Virus record (IMG/VR): IMGVR_UViG_3300044857_000313
Location: 1 to 64,000 of that record
Source of the DNA: a virus
Length of the DNA stretch: 64,000 bases
Direction: 5' to 3' (one strand)
The notes under the pieces are model-generated. The model was not told where the DNA came from and searched no databases. It saw nothing but the letters and a program-made list of their open reading frames with translations. Position numbers and translations under genes: made by a program. Positions 24,989-35,400 of the stretch are shown piece by piece (positions within the stretch are counted from its first letter, which is position 1; each line of letters begins with the position of its first letter).

Positions 24989-25603
24989 CTAATTATCATG
25001 TAGCTCTCTAATAGCTTTTATACATCTATTATTATGCGAACTATTTGTATAATTAGGCAATACGGATTCATTCAGCCAATCCTCAAGCTGTTCAGCTGTC
25101 AGCTCTGTAAGTTGACTATCTTCATCCACATCCATGCGCTCCATAAAATAAGACACCCCAATAGTCAGGGCATCCAATCTATCATCATGACTTAGGGCGT
25201 TCTTATCACGACATAAGCGTGTCATTTGATAAATCAGGGAATAATGATAGTCCTGTTGGAAGACCTTAAAATCCTGTTCTACTACTGGACGATTCACAAT
25301 TAGCTTATGCCGCATCATAACCGGCTCTAGGGTGTCTATCATACGCAATTCCTTTTGCCCTCTATTGGTAACAGGTTCAATGCCGCAAGGGTGGATTTTA
25401 TTGAAGATAGGTGTCATCAACTTAGTGAACATGCCATCCCCAAAGTTATCTTCGGGAACTACAACATCCACATCCCAGAACTTAGCACGATTTGCCATCT
25501 GAGTCAGCGTCAAGTCCGAATATCCCTCTTTAAAGCCCCCTACATCCATAAGGAACAAATAGCCATTCAGGTACTTTAAGATTGCATAGACTGTTTCGTC
25601 CTT
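24989..25603 (-). CDS. terL: terminase large subunit, exon 2 (nuclease domain)
   Basis: begins KDETVYAILKYLNGYLFLMDVGG, continuing the ..AIDPSGRG of exon 1; no ATG (track start is TTG). Confidence 0.85.
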   Translation of the reverse strand, partial: KDETVYAILKYLNGYLFLMDVGGFKEGYSDLTLTQMANRAKFWDVDVVVPEDNFGDGMFTKLMTPIFNKIHPCGIEPVTNRGQKELRMIDTLEPVMMRHKLIVNRPVVEQDFKVFQQDYHYSLIYQMTRLCRDKNALSHDDRLDALTIGVSYFMERMDVDEDSQLTELTAEQLEDWLNESVLPNYTNSSHNNRCIKAIRELHDN

Positions 25604-26414
25604 CAATCAGCCTATGCGTTCTGCTTTCCAACCCTTTGAGTGATGTCGGTTTCCTTTAGCCACTTGACGTAGATTTTGGGGTGAAAGATTATGCTCTCTG
25701 CAAAAAGCAGTAAAAGAAAAAGGCTCATACATCGTACCATCAGGTGCAATAAGCCTGAATCTTTCACCCTGTCCATAATTATGAGGAACATGCCCTTTTT
25801 GAAGAGTAGTAGGGAGACAGTCAGCACATACTGTCCCTGACTTGCGTTTTTGTAAATATTTACCACAAATAGGACAACGAACTGTTTTTCTGTCTCCCCC
25901 TGCTCTTACATTCCACCCCATATGCATTTTAGGACGTAGATTATATTCTATTGTTAATGCTTCTTCTTTTGGTAACATAGCAATTAAATCAATTTGAATA
26001 TTATCCTTACCCAGTTGTCTTAGAATTGTGCCAACAGGTCTCTTGCTACACATATGCTGACTAAGACGATAGGAAAGACTACGGCGAGTAACACCCACAT
26101 AACCTTCCTGTATATTTCTGTTTCCTACTTCATGGATATGGTACACTTTATATAATCTTGTTTTTTCTCTAAACAATAACATCACTCTCTTTTCTTTTTA
26201 GTGTTACGGTACATCGTTAGGGTACCTCACTATATTGCTATAGTGTTCAGACTATATCTTCTATCAAAAGATAGTGCGCTGTTTCCACCGAACCATTGCG
26301 GTGTACTAATAGTCGTTGAACGTTTCCTTATAAAAGGACTTCGCTGCTGATTGTCTTAGAAAGAGTTTCCAGCAATTAAGCGCATTTTTTAACGTAGGAG
26401 CAAGGACGTATTTT
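25604..26414 (-). mobile_element. group I intron-like element in terL carrying a GIY-YIG gene
   Basis: guide sequence GUCCUU-GCUCCUA (26395-26407) pairs with 3' exon AAGGAC and 5' exon UAGGGGU (U.G at splice site); intron ends in G; 229-nt ORF-free 5' part with several hairpins incl. GCAA tetraloop. Confidence 0.7.
25607..26185 (-). CDS. GIY-YIG homing endonuclease
   Basis: YKVYHI..GYVGVT..R..QH..E..GWNVRAGG plus C-terminal NUMOD-like HHSKGW. Confidence 0.8.
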   Translation of the reverse strand: MMLLFREKTRLYKVYHIHEVGNRNIQEGYVGVTRRSLSYRLSQHMCSKRPVGTILRQLGKDNIQIDLIAMLPKEEALTIEYNLRPKMHMGWNVRAGGDRKTVRCPICGKYLQKRKSGTVCADCLPTTLQKGHVPHNYGQGERFRLIAPDGTMYEPFSFTAFCREHNLSPQNLRQVAKGNRHHSKGWKAERIG

Positions 26415-27497
26415 ACCCCTACCCGATGGGTCTATAGCCATCACTGTTGTCTGATAGGGCATCGTTTCGGGACTACGGGACAGCTCACTGTAGTAATAGT
26501 CCCCTGCCATGGCTGTACAGGGAATATCAGACAAGAGCTGTTCCCTGCCTTTTGCCCATGCCCATTTGAGGCTACTTTCCTTCATATCAAGGTTAGTGAT
26601 AATCAAATCAGACACCTTCAACGGATACTTTTCAGCATCCGACAACCGAGTATTGAGCATATACTGGAGAGCAAACCCTGCTTTCCCATAAGACAAGGAA
26701 CGCTTCGCAATTTCTTCCTCATTGAATCGCAAGGGGTCTGTAGGCTTCCCTTCAAGACTAGGGTCAGCTTTCAGTTTGTTCCAAATAGAGGGAGCAAGGG
26801 AATCACCATAATTATCTTCTACCCTTGATAATTGAGGATACAAGACAGGCCAGATACGCGCAATATATCCACGGTCTTGTAAGGTGTTGTACAGACTTGA
26901 TTCAGTCTGTGGTGTACCGAGATATATGATCTGGCCGTTCGGTTTCAAGATAGCATCAAATTCCTTTACGGCCTCTGAGAGCTTATCACGCTGTTGCTGT
27001 GTTGCTGAGTTTTTCGGGACTTCTACGTCATCGGCAATTAGAATGTCTGCACGTGTCCCTGTAATCTGCCCAGTGATACCAATGGACTTTACAGAGGGGG
27101 AAATATCAGGAACGACACCCCCAACATCAAAGATATTCTGTGTGTCTAACTGCCCCTTGTCTGCAATCATGTCAGACAAGAAAGGGAGTGTCTGTATGAT
27201 ACGCTTGATAAAGCGAGCGTTCGCATCCGCTCTGTCCCCAGAGGCAGACACAATCAAAATCTTTAGCTGTCTTTCCTTCCACAATCTCCACACTACATAA
27301 GCACATGTCAAGAAGGACTTAGCGACACCACGGAACCCCTCAAGAATGATACGGTCTTTAGGGGGGTTCTGGAGATAGTTTGCAATGTCAATTTGAATGG
27401 GTGTCGGCTGTGGAAGGTCAATAGACCGCCATACAATATAGACAAAGGCCCAGAAGTGTTCACGTGCCTTCTGGACATCCGCTTCACTCCATTTCAA
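26415..27497 (-). CDS. terL: terminase large subunit, exon 1 (ATPase domain)
   Basis: Walker A-like GFRGVAKS, ILIADDVE; ORF runs 12 codons into the intron before its stop (26376). Confidence 0.85.
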
Positions 27498-27501
27498 TCT
27501 A

Positions 27502-27741
27502 TCAACCTTCTTTCACAAGTTCCATGAAGTCAGGAATCTTAGAGGCTTCCTGTTTTACTTCTTTGACACCTTCAATCTCAACAGTGGTGTTGAAATCGTT
27601 GTCTTTCAAGAACTGCCGTACCTTTGCGAGGAAGGCAGGATTTTTACGTTGTTCTTCATCCTCAAGCCCTTCTAAGAGAGCCTGCACTTCTTCGGTTGCC
27701 AAGCGGTCAATCAATTCCTGTGGAATATTAAAATTAGCCAT
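27502..27741 (-). CDS. terS: putative terminase small subunit (gp18 position)
   Basis: 79-aa acidic ORF immediately upstream of terL; positional call only. Confidence 0.4.
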   Translation of the reverse strand: MANFNIPQELIDRLATEEVQALLEGLEDEEQRKNPAFLAKVRQFLKDNDFNTTVEIEGVKEVKQEASKIPDFMELVKEG

Positions 27742-27747
27742 TTATCA

Positions 27748-28202
27748 TCATCCTCTCTCCATACTACATACTTTTAAATCTTTGTGTGTCTTCCCAAATA
27801 TAATGATTGCACTAGGGAAAGGCGCACTATTCTTACTGTTTCCAAATTTCAAACATCCTTTGATGAAACGAATCTCTGAGGCTTGCATGGCGTACTCATG
27901 CCACCACTTTGTGTCTGTTCGTGAAGGTACGAGGCAGACAACGATTGTCTCTGCTTCCATTGCTTTCTTCATCCAAGCTCCTATTTTTTTTTTCCATAGG
28001 GTGGATTCATCCAACAGACACCCTGCCAGTCTTGAGCTAGACCGTCATCAAGGGGTGAAAAGAACTTAGAGCATTTTGCATTTTCAGAGGTAGCACATAC
28101 ATCTATATCAAAATGAAATTCATCATTCAATCTATTAAATAACTCTTGTGGTGTCTCCCACACTTCATTTTCACTACTATATAAAACCTTATTTATCGCC
28201 AC
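27748..28202 (-). CDS. dam: DNA N6-adenine methyltransferase (phage Dam family) interrupted by frameshift at A10 tract
   Basis: ORF 27981..28202 ends NPPYGKKK-stop; ORF 27748..28014 continues KKKIGAWMKKA..LVPSRTDTKWWH in the frame reached by one extra A; T10 on plus at 27984-27993; GTG start with AGGAGG SD. Confidence 0.7.
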
Positions 28203-28218
28203 TATAAGCCTCCTACGT

Positions 28219-28256
28219 AAAAATAAAATTCCCCATAGGTAAATACACCTACAGGG
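28219..28256 (-). terminator. hairpin plus U-tract upstream of dam
   Basis: CCCUGUAGG-UGUAUUUA-CCUAUGGGG (two G.U pairs) then AAUUUUAUUUUU. Confidence 0.5.
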
Positions 28257-28283
28257 AGTTACATAACTTCTATTCTCAAGATA

Positions 28284-28496
28284 TTAAGGGATAGACACAA
28301 TTTTAACCTTATCTCCATATCTCCTGATAGCAGAATCAGGGCTACAACCAAATCTGTATGGAAATAAAGGACATTTCAATAATTCACATTTACGTACTTC
28401 TGCATCGTTTCCTGCACAACAGTCCATGCATTTTTCGCGGATTGCACGTTTAAAGGAAGTCTTAGTGACCTTCATCATTAAAACCTTATTACTCAT
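28284..28496 (-). CDS. small Cys-rich protein
   Basis: CMDCCAG..CELLKCPLFPYRFG; start set at MSNKVL whose ATG overlaps the upstream stop (ATGA). Confidence 0.5.
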   Translation of the reverse strand: MSNKVLMMKVTKTSFKRAIREKCMDCCAGNDAEVRKCELLKCPLFPYRFGCSPDSAIRRYGDKVKIVSIP

Positions 28497-28900
28497 CGTG
28501 TACACCCCCAAATCAACAAGCCACCTGCAACGACCCAAGCCAAATCACGCTGTCGCTCCATCCGCTTTACCGACTTATTCAGAGAGTCCGTTTGCTTTTG
28601 CAATGTCGTCAAATTCTGCTTGTAATCGGTCAAGTACACTTGCGCTTTCGTCAGCTCTTTCTGAGATTCTGTTAGCTGTGTCTTGAGCTTCTGTGAGTCC
28701 TGTTTCTGCGCTGTTGACTGCTTCTGTAGCTCTGTCACCATCTGTCGTAAGCTGTTGAATTGTTCGATTGACATTTCGACTTTCTGCGGACTCTGTGCGT
28801 GAACTGTAGAAGTAGACACAGAGGGAAAGACACAAAAGCATACCAACAGTGAAAGACACAAGCACCATCTTTGCAGAATATTTTTTGTTGTTGTCTTCAT
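28493..28900 (-). CDS. signal-peptide / coiled-coil / C-terminal TM protein, candidate unimolecular spanin
   Basis: MKTTTKNILQRWCLCLSLLVCFCVF.. then Q/K-rich coiled coil then LAWVVAGGLLIWGC; ATGA coupling to the next gene; follows the endolysin. Confidence 0.45.
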   Translation of the reverse strand: MKTTTKNILQRWCLCLSLLVCFCVFPSVSTSTVHAQSPQKVEMSIEQFNSLRQMVTELQKQSTAQKQDSQKLKTQLTESQKELTKAQVYLTDYKQNLTTLQKQTDSLNKSVKRMERQRDLAWVVAGGLLIWGCTR

Positions 28901-28904
28901 CCAT
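28575..28904 (-). CDS. alternative-frame ORF (N-terminal TM plus helical domain) fully overlapping 28493..28900
   Basis: ATG 1 nt after endolysin stop, 4 nt upstream of the other ATG; MVLVSFTVGMLLCLSLCVYFY TM segment. Confidence 0.3.
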   Translation of the reverse strand: MDEDNNKKYSAKMVLVSFTVGMLLCLSLCVYFYSSRTESAESRNVNRTIQQLTTDGDRATEAVNSAETGLTEAQDTANRISERADESASVLDRLQAEFDDIAKANGLSE

Positions 28905-29498
28905 TTACAACTCCTCATACCATTCATTCATATCTACCTCTGTGTCTCCAATATATTCATGTGCGCTCCACTGCCAACCTGCTACATGCTTATCAGGGTA
29001 GTCCTGCAAAAACCCATTGTATCCACGGTAATCTGCAATCCAATACGGTACATAGTCAGCAAGTAAGTTAGGCCGAATGGAGTTTGTCATGTAATCTGTA
29101 CATTTCAGCGTTGACGTATAAATCCCTGCTCTGTGTCCTGCTTCATTGCAAGCGACAATAAAAGCAGAGCAAAGGGCTGTGGTGTCTACACCTTCTGCAA
29201 AACATACATCAGCTTCACAATCGTACCAAATGCCCATAGGCGGCACATCATCACCAAGGAGTTCCAAGATTGTCTGAGCTTCTTCCCTTGCTCTTTCTGG
29301 TGTCTGAGCATGAGAGAAACAGTAGACACCCCAAGGGATACCCCTAGATTTACATTCTTCTGCGTGTCTTACCCATGTGTCTTCTTCGGAACACCCTTCG
29401 GAAATTTTGATAATGACACCTTGAACCCCTGCGGCCTCTACAGCATCATAATCAATATTGCGCTGATAATAGGAAACGTCAATTACTTTATTTGTCAT
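28905..29498 (-). CDS. endolysin, GH25 muramidase
   Basis: VIDVSYYQRNIDYDAV..GVQGVIIKISEG.. typical GH25 N-terminus. Confidence 0.8.
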   Translation of the reverse strand: MTNKVIDVSYYQRNIDYDAVEAAGVQGVIIKISEGCSEEDTWVRHAEECKSRGIPWGVYCFSHAQTPERAREEAQTILELLGDDVPPMGIWYDCEADVCFAEGVDTTALCSAFIVACNEAGHRAGIYTSTLKCTDYMTNSIRPNLLADYVPYWIADYRGYNGFLQDYPDKHVAGWQWSAHEYIGDTEVDMNEWYEEL

Positions 29499-29958
29499 CT
29501 AATCTGTCCACCTTCTTCTCTTTTGCAATCTGAGCAAGCGCACCCCTGATAAAGCTAGGGATGTACTGCCCATAACCAACACGATCAATATTTTCAACAA
29601 TACTAAGGGCCTCTACCACTGCAAAGGCTCCAATGAATAACGTCCGTACCATGTGAGTGTGCATTGCTGAATCCAATAGAACACCTAGACCAATGATAAG
29701 GAACATAGCGGCCTTCTTATATAAGCCATGTGTCGCAATCGAACTTGCAAAGGCATGGAGTTTGAAGGAAGCCCAAAGGCCTGTGAGAATGTCACAAGCC
29801 ACAAGGACAACCAAAGCATTAATCTGCTCATCCACCCCGCCCACAAGCTGATTGAAACACAACCAAGCAATAGAAAAAAGACAGCCAATCTTTACCTCGG
29901 TGGCTGTCCATAAGTTCCATAATGTGTTAATCATCTTATGTAGTGTACCTCGTTTCAT
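29488..29958 (-). CDS. holin (multi-TM, TcdE/LL-H holin-like)
   Basis: 156-aa ORF with 3-4 TM segments directly upstream of the endolysin. Confidence 0.6.
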   Translation of the reverse strand: MKRGTLHKMINTLWNLWTATEVKIGCLFSIAWLCFNQLVGGVDEQINALVVLVACDILTGLWASFKLHAFASSIATHGLYKKAAMFLIIGLGVLLDSAMHTHMVRTLFIGAFAVVEALSIVENIDRVGYGQYIPSFIRGALAQIAKEKKVDRLDDK

Positions 29959-30173
29959 TTTTCATCTTCCTTTTGTTCCTTTAAGATGGCATGGGAAATG
30001 CGAGCGTCAAGAATTTCAATATAAGCATCCATCACATCTGACTGCCGTCGCAATAAATAGCGTTCTGTATCGTCTATAATCTTAGAGTTATCACTTCTAA
30101 ACCCCATCAACTTACACATTTTCTCTGCTAAAGCACGACGTTCATCCATCATGCGATAAATATAATCTTTCAC
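29955..30173 (-). CDS. hypothetical protein (72 aa)
   Basis: ORF, tight packing. Confidence 0.45.
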   Translation of the reverse strand: MKDYIYRMMDERRALAEKMCKLMGFRSDNSKIIDDTERYLLRRQSDVMDAYIEILDARISHAILKEQKEDEK

Positions 30174-30176
30174 CTT

Positions 30177-30410
30177 CTATGCCCCCTTTCGCCTTAAAAT
30201 ATCTGATAGTAACTTAGCTACTTTATGTTTATTTACATACCCGTGCAATAGCTTATACAGCACACCCTTTCTCTTTTGCTTCTTTAGCTCCTTTTCCCTT
30301 AACACAAATGGACATTCATTATATGCTATATATACTGAGCATTGAAAACAATGCTTTTGCATACTACAATATTCTTCTATTTCTTTCTTAGATATGATAT
30401 TTCGTTTCAT
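30177..30410 (-). CDS. hypothetical Cys-containing protein (77 aa)
   Basis: ORF, tight packing. Confidence 0.45.
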   Translation of the reverse strand: MKRNIISKKEIEEYCSMQKHCFQCSVYIAYNECPFVLREKELKKQKRKGVLYKLLHGYVNKHKVAKLLSDILRRKGA

Positions 30411-30455
30411 TATTCAGACACCTTCTTCCCTACACAGTCCTATTCATTGTTATAC

Positions 30456-32417
30456 TTAATATTTGATACCATAGATAGCTACAATACCAGAGTTCTCCTT
30501 GTTGCAACACCAAACAGTATCCGTTGATAAAGTATAATCTGTAGCTGTACCTTGATAAGTATCCCCATAAATAAACCAATATAAACTCGACCAACCTAAA
30601 ATACAAAATCTGTAACTATTAGCAAATGCAAAAGCAAGTTCCCAAACGTCCCACATTTTATATACTAATACATCACCATAGTCATTACATGCTTTGATAA
30701 GTATTTTGTCAAAGTCTTTGTAGCTCTGAGTTAACTTAATGGTACCGGCAGGGTAACTGTTCTGCATACCAAGACCACCATTATACGCATAGATACCGAA
30801 TGAGTCATTCCAAATATTTTGTATGGAATTTCTAGCTTTGTTAATATTTGCTTTTTCTGATGCTTTATCTGAATCACTCATAGCTGACAGGTCAATAGTA
30901 CCTGCTCTGTCAAATATATCTGTAATGACTGGCGTATGGTTTCCCCTTAAACGCTCTAATACACTGCTAACTTCATCTGTAGTAGCAACAGCTTTAAATT
31001 TTGTATCATTTACAGGATGGTCGGCATTACCCCCTCTATAGTAAAGACGCCCTATATTTTGTTCTATCCACAACTGTGTACTTTCGTCGTTTTTATCAGC
31101 TGAAATATTAATAAGCTGTCCATATTGTGTTGGTTGGTTATCTATGGTGCTTTGCGTATAATATATGCTACAAAATCCTAACTTATTCCACCCTTTATTA
31201 GATGTATCAGAAGGAGCATAGTTATTCCCATAAGAATGAATGGTGTCCCATAGCGTATTAGGTGTTACTTTAGGGATGTCGCTCCATGTACCGTCCGCCT
31301 TTAGATACCTCCCCTGCTGTCCTGCTAAAGGTTTTGGAACTTTACCACCCATACCATCTGCGGACGCTGTGGCCCCCTGAAAGTCCTGAAAGACACCTGC
31401 GGATTCTGCGGCCTGTTTAGCACTGTTAGCGGCGGCCAGCTCTGAATTATGCGCATTAGCGGCACTCGTAGCAGACGCACTAGCACTAGACGCACTGGCA
31501 GAGGCACTTGCACTCGCATTAGTTTCCGATGTTTTTGCATTGGTTTCTGAGGTCTTTGCCCTCGTTTCGGATGACTTCGCATTGGTTTCCGAGGTTTTCG
31601 CATTGGTTTCAGAGGTCTTTGCGTTTGTCTCAGAATGCTTAGCGTTCGTTGCGGACGTTGCCGCTTCCTGTGCCTTCGTTTTGCTATACAAAGCCCACTC
31701 TTTAGAACTCTGTGTCTTCCCTGTGGTACTATCCGTATCCACTTCACCATCTGGAGAATCCGTAGCTTCTGCCCACTTCTTCGCCTTTTGATGAGAGATT
31801 TCTGAATTGGTTTCCGAAGTTTTTGCATTTGTCTCCGAGGTCTTAGCGGCTTCCTGCGAAGACTTTGCGGCGGACGCTTGCTTCGTTGCTTCCTGTACCA
31901 AAATTGTATTGGCCGCTACAAAACCACCCTGAACAGTTTCCATGTAATTTTTCGTTACTGCGTCTTGAGGGTCTTTGGGGTCACTTACGTTAATGACACG
32001 ATGATTCAATGCATCCCAAAGGACTTCTTTATCACTCGTTACTTTCGTAGAAATAGCATGAGCCATAATATAGTCCTGCTGTTCTTCCTGCAAGTGGAGC
32101 ATCTGAGCATCTTCTGTGTTCATGTCCCGTGCCAACAAGATAGAGCCATCATTCCACGTAACAATCTTATCTGTACTTGTCTGTCGATAAATAATGATAT
32201 GTTCTCCAACCTGTGCAGGGGTGGTCAAAGACACAGATAAATCATTTACTGTGTAGTCTACCCCATACTCCAATGCTGTTTCCGAAGCATCGGAGTGAAG
32301 GATAGACACCATGACAAACTCCTTGCGGAGATATGAAAAGGGGAACGTATACGTCTTTTGTGTCCCATCGGTAACTTCATATTCCACACGAGCTTTAAAG
32401 CCTGTTGTGTTTGCCAC
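30456..32417 (-). CDS. tail fibre (T7 gp17-like N-terminal adaptor domain)
   Basis: N-terminus YTFPFSYLRKEFVMVSIL, DGSILLARDMN, INVSDPKDPQDAVTKNYM as in gp17; divergent C-terminal receptor domain. Confidence 0.8.
   Translation of the reverse strand: MANTTGFKARVEYEVTDGTQKTYTFPFSYLRKEFVMVSILHSDASETALEYGVDYTVNDLSVSLTTPAQVGEHIIIYRQTSTDKIVTWNDGSILLARDMNTEDAQMLHLQEEQQDYIMAHAISTKVTSDKEVLWDALNHRVINVSDPKDPQDAVTKNYMETVQGGFVAANTILVQEATKQASAAKSSQEAAKTSETNAKTSETNSEISHQKAKKWAEATDSPDGEVDTDSTTGKTQSSKEWALYSKTKAQEAATSATNAKHSETNAKTSETNAKTSETNAKSSETRAKTSETNAKTSETNASASASASASSASASATSAANAHNSELAAANSAKQAAESAGVFQDFQGATASADGMGGKVPKPLAGQQGRYLKADGTWSDIPKVTPNTLWDTIHSYGNNYAPSDTSNKGWNKLGFCSIYYTQSTIDNQPTQYGQLINISADKNDESTQLWIEQNIGRLYYRGGNADHPVNDTKFKAVATTDEVSSVLERLRGNHTPVITDIFDRAGTIDLSAMSDSDKASEKANINKARNSIQNIWNDSFGIYAYNGGLGMQNSYPAGTIKLTQSYKDFDKILIKACNDYGDVLVYKMWDVWELAFAFANSYRFCILGWSSLYWFIYGDTYQGTATDYTLSTDTVWCCNKENSGIVAIYGIKY
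31516..31662 (-). repeat. seven tandem 21-bp repeats inside the fibre gene (heptad ETNAKTS)
   Basis: units GCATTGGTTTCNGAGGTYTTY read directly; encode KTSETNA repeats. Confidence 0.65.
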
Positions 32418-32435
32418 TATCTATCACTCTCCTTT

Positions 32436-35400
32436 TTATTTAGCTTTCAAACTATTTAATTTTGCCAGTGTGTCTATAGCCTGTGTATAGGGGATAAAAT
32501 CAGGAATAGGCGCCAAGTTTAATAACGTCCTCAAATCCTTTTGTGTCCCCTTGCTGGTAGCTAGTCGATAGGCACTGCGAATTGGTTTCCATGTCATATC
32601 CGACAAGGTATCCACAGCAGGTAACTGTTGGACACTATTGCCCACAAAGTCCCCAAAGTCTTTAGGGGGATTATTCCGATACTGTGATACTGTTGTTCTG
32701 ATTGTAGGAGAACCGTACATAGCTTCCCATCCATCATTTACAACACCCATAGGCGACAAGAAACCTGTTCGGAAAAATGCGGCCTTTGCTAGGGCCTTGT
32801 CATTCAGATAGTTTTCCTTGAGGTAGTTAGCGGCGTCTGTCTGTCCCAGCGCATACAGAGTGGCCATCTTAGCGCCATTACGAGCGGCAAAAGCGGCTGT
32901 GTTGGTCATAAGAGAAAGAGCAAATGCCATGGCATCCTGAGCTTCATGCTGTTGAATCATTCGCATAAACTGAGCATTGTTTGAGCGCATATTGAAGTCT
33001 TTAAACATCATGACAAGACGCATTAAAGAGTTTGTGTCTTTCAGCATATTTCTGTTGCCTTCGGACGAACTCAATAAGACACTCTTTTCCACCTGATTCT
33101 GCATCAGATCATACCAAGCCCAGAAGGTATCAGGACTTTCTTTTCTCCATGCATCTACATCAAAACCATCTGCAACAGTTCCTTTCTTGCCCTCCCACTT
33201 CACATAGGTACGCAAGTCTTTTTTCATCTGTGCAAGGTCTACGTGTCTGCCAAGAGCCTTGATATTTGCCTTGCTGAATGGATTACGTAACGCATTGAAG
33301 GTTTCTCCATGCGCCCAACGAATCGAATCTGTAATGGCCGCACTACGAGCAGAGCGCACCATTGTGTCTGTCATATGCCCAAGCATGTTAATCTGTGAAG
33401 TGAACTTGCCCAGATTGTGTGTCATATCAGCCGCACTAATCAATAGGTTGTCCACCCCAAAACCACGTTTAGACAAGGCATTACGGGTCTGTTTGTCTCC
33501 CCAATTCCCACGGAAAATGTAGCGTTCTACAGGTTCCCCAAAGACATGCCACGAGAGGTCTTCAACCATCTTAGAATTAGCTTTCCCAAGACGAACATCC
33601 TGTACGAATTTACGCAAGGGATTGAAGACACCAAATACCTGTTTTAGACCACCATAGGCAATAGCACCCCCTAAGTCGCCTAACTGGTTCCATCCCATCG
33701 AGCCACCACGCTTGAAGTATGCAAAGTTGTTGAGAATCTTTGTGACTGCTGAACCCTCATCATAGATGTTTCGTTCGTAGTGGTCACGCATCCCACGGAG
33801 CCGTGCAATGTTGTCTAAGAACCACCGCTTATTTTTTTCGGCTGTGGAACTGTTGATACGCCCATCATTCCCCATGGAAGCAAGTCGCAATTCATGGAGT
33901 ACCTTCTTCACGAAAGCACCATATTCATTAGCAGAACCAAGGACGTTACGGACTGCCACCTCTCCTGCAAAACGTCTATTCGTTCTGTTCAGGGTGTGTT
34001 CGAGGTCATAGTATCTAAGGTCATTATCAAATGAGAAGGCTTTAACAACATTACCTTCTGCATCTTTAATATCCATGACAACACCTGTGTCCATCGGAAG
34101 ACGCCCACGGAAGAAGTTCAAGTCCCCAAGTTTAGAGGAAGCACCATCGGTGTCTAAGCCATCCAATTTATCCTCAAGAGGTTGCATGATGTTGTCTGCC
34201 CATTCCTTACACTTTTCATCCCTGAAATCATCAATTTCTTTATCTGTGGTGTCTTTGATAGTGATAGCACGTTTTTGTTCAAGTTCTTCTTTGACACGTT
34301 TAACTTTGGCATGGTTAATCTTTTCTGGATCTTTAAGTGCTTCTTTTTTTAAAAAGGTCTCTGCATCCTTAATTTCACGCTGTAGTCTCAGTTCTTTTTC
34401 ACGTTTAATCATCTCCCCAATCAACTTACGAGACGTAGGCATATTGGAAGCGACTTGTGCATACTTCTCCATAAAAGCTCTCGCTCCCTTATCACCTGTG
34501 GTGGTGAAGTTAGACACAAACTCCCTATAAGCATCAGGGTCAACTAAGCGATGAAATTCATCGTCGACTGAATACCATCCATCCTCAATCAAGTTTCGTT
34601 CCATAGAACCTCCAAAAATAGAGGATGAATTTTTGCCAAGGTCAATACGGGTATCATAAAGACCCTGCAAAGACTTGACGGCCTTCATGACATTCTGGTC
34701 TACCATCGCATCATCAATGTTAATGTGTGTCTGCTGTTTAGACAAACTGTTGAACTTATCAATGACAAGCTTATCAAATTCTTGTCTATGGGCATCCCCC
34801 TTGCGGAAAGGATTAATGACACCCATTGTCCCATAGTGGTCACGTATCCACTCTTTACGAGCATCAAGAATATCGCCTTTGTACTTATCAAGCTGTCCCA
34901 TGAGATAGCCCTTCATTCGTTCAGCAGATGGCATATTGGAACCATTACGAGATGTACCACGACGCTGTGCATCTTCCCATAATTCAGAGGCTTTCTTCGC
35001 AAGCGTCATAGACGGAGAATGATAAGCGGCCCCATATGGAGTACGAGTCAGCAATGTATTGTCCATCCACCCCGATAAGGTATTGACGGTCTTTTCAAAG
35101 GCTGTCTTTCCTTTTCGTTCCTGCGCCAATTCATCTGCACTCTTTTCATAGTCGAGAAGACTTTCAGGAGCAAGCATGTTGTCTTTCGAGAAATGGACAC
35201 CATTCTGAATAATGCTCCCATCGGGATTAACAATGATACCCTGCTTTTTCAAGCTCTGATAGCGAACCGCTGTATTGACCATGTCGAGAATCTCGTTGTT
35301 GGTGAATTTTGATTTATCACCAAACCCCATTTCCTTTAGGCCTTCTCTAAAGCTAGACACCAAGGAATGACTCGATTTACGACTCAACATATCATGCTGA

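Noticed and set aside
31325-31828. 167-aa alternative-frame ORF inside the tail fibre gene
   Set aside because: It is generated by the 21-bp tandem repeats read out of frame, giving a PQKP/RKPM low-complexity product. The fibre frame has clear gp17 homology.
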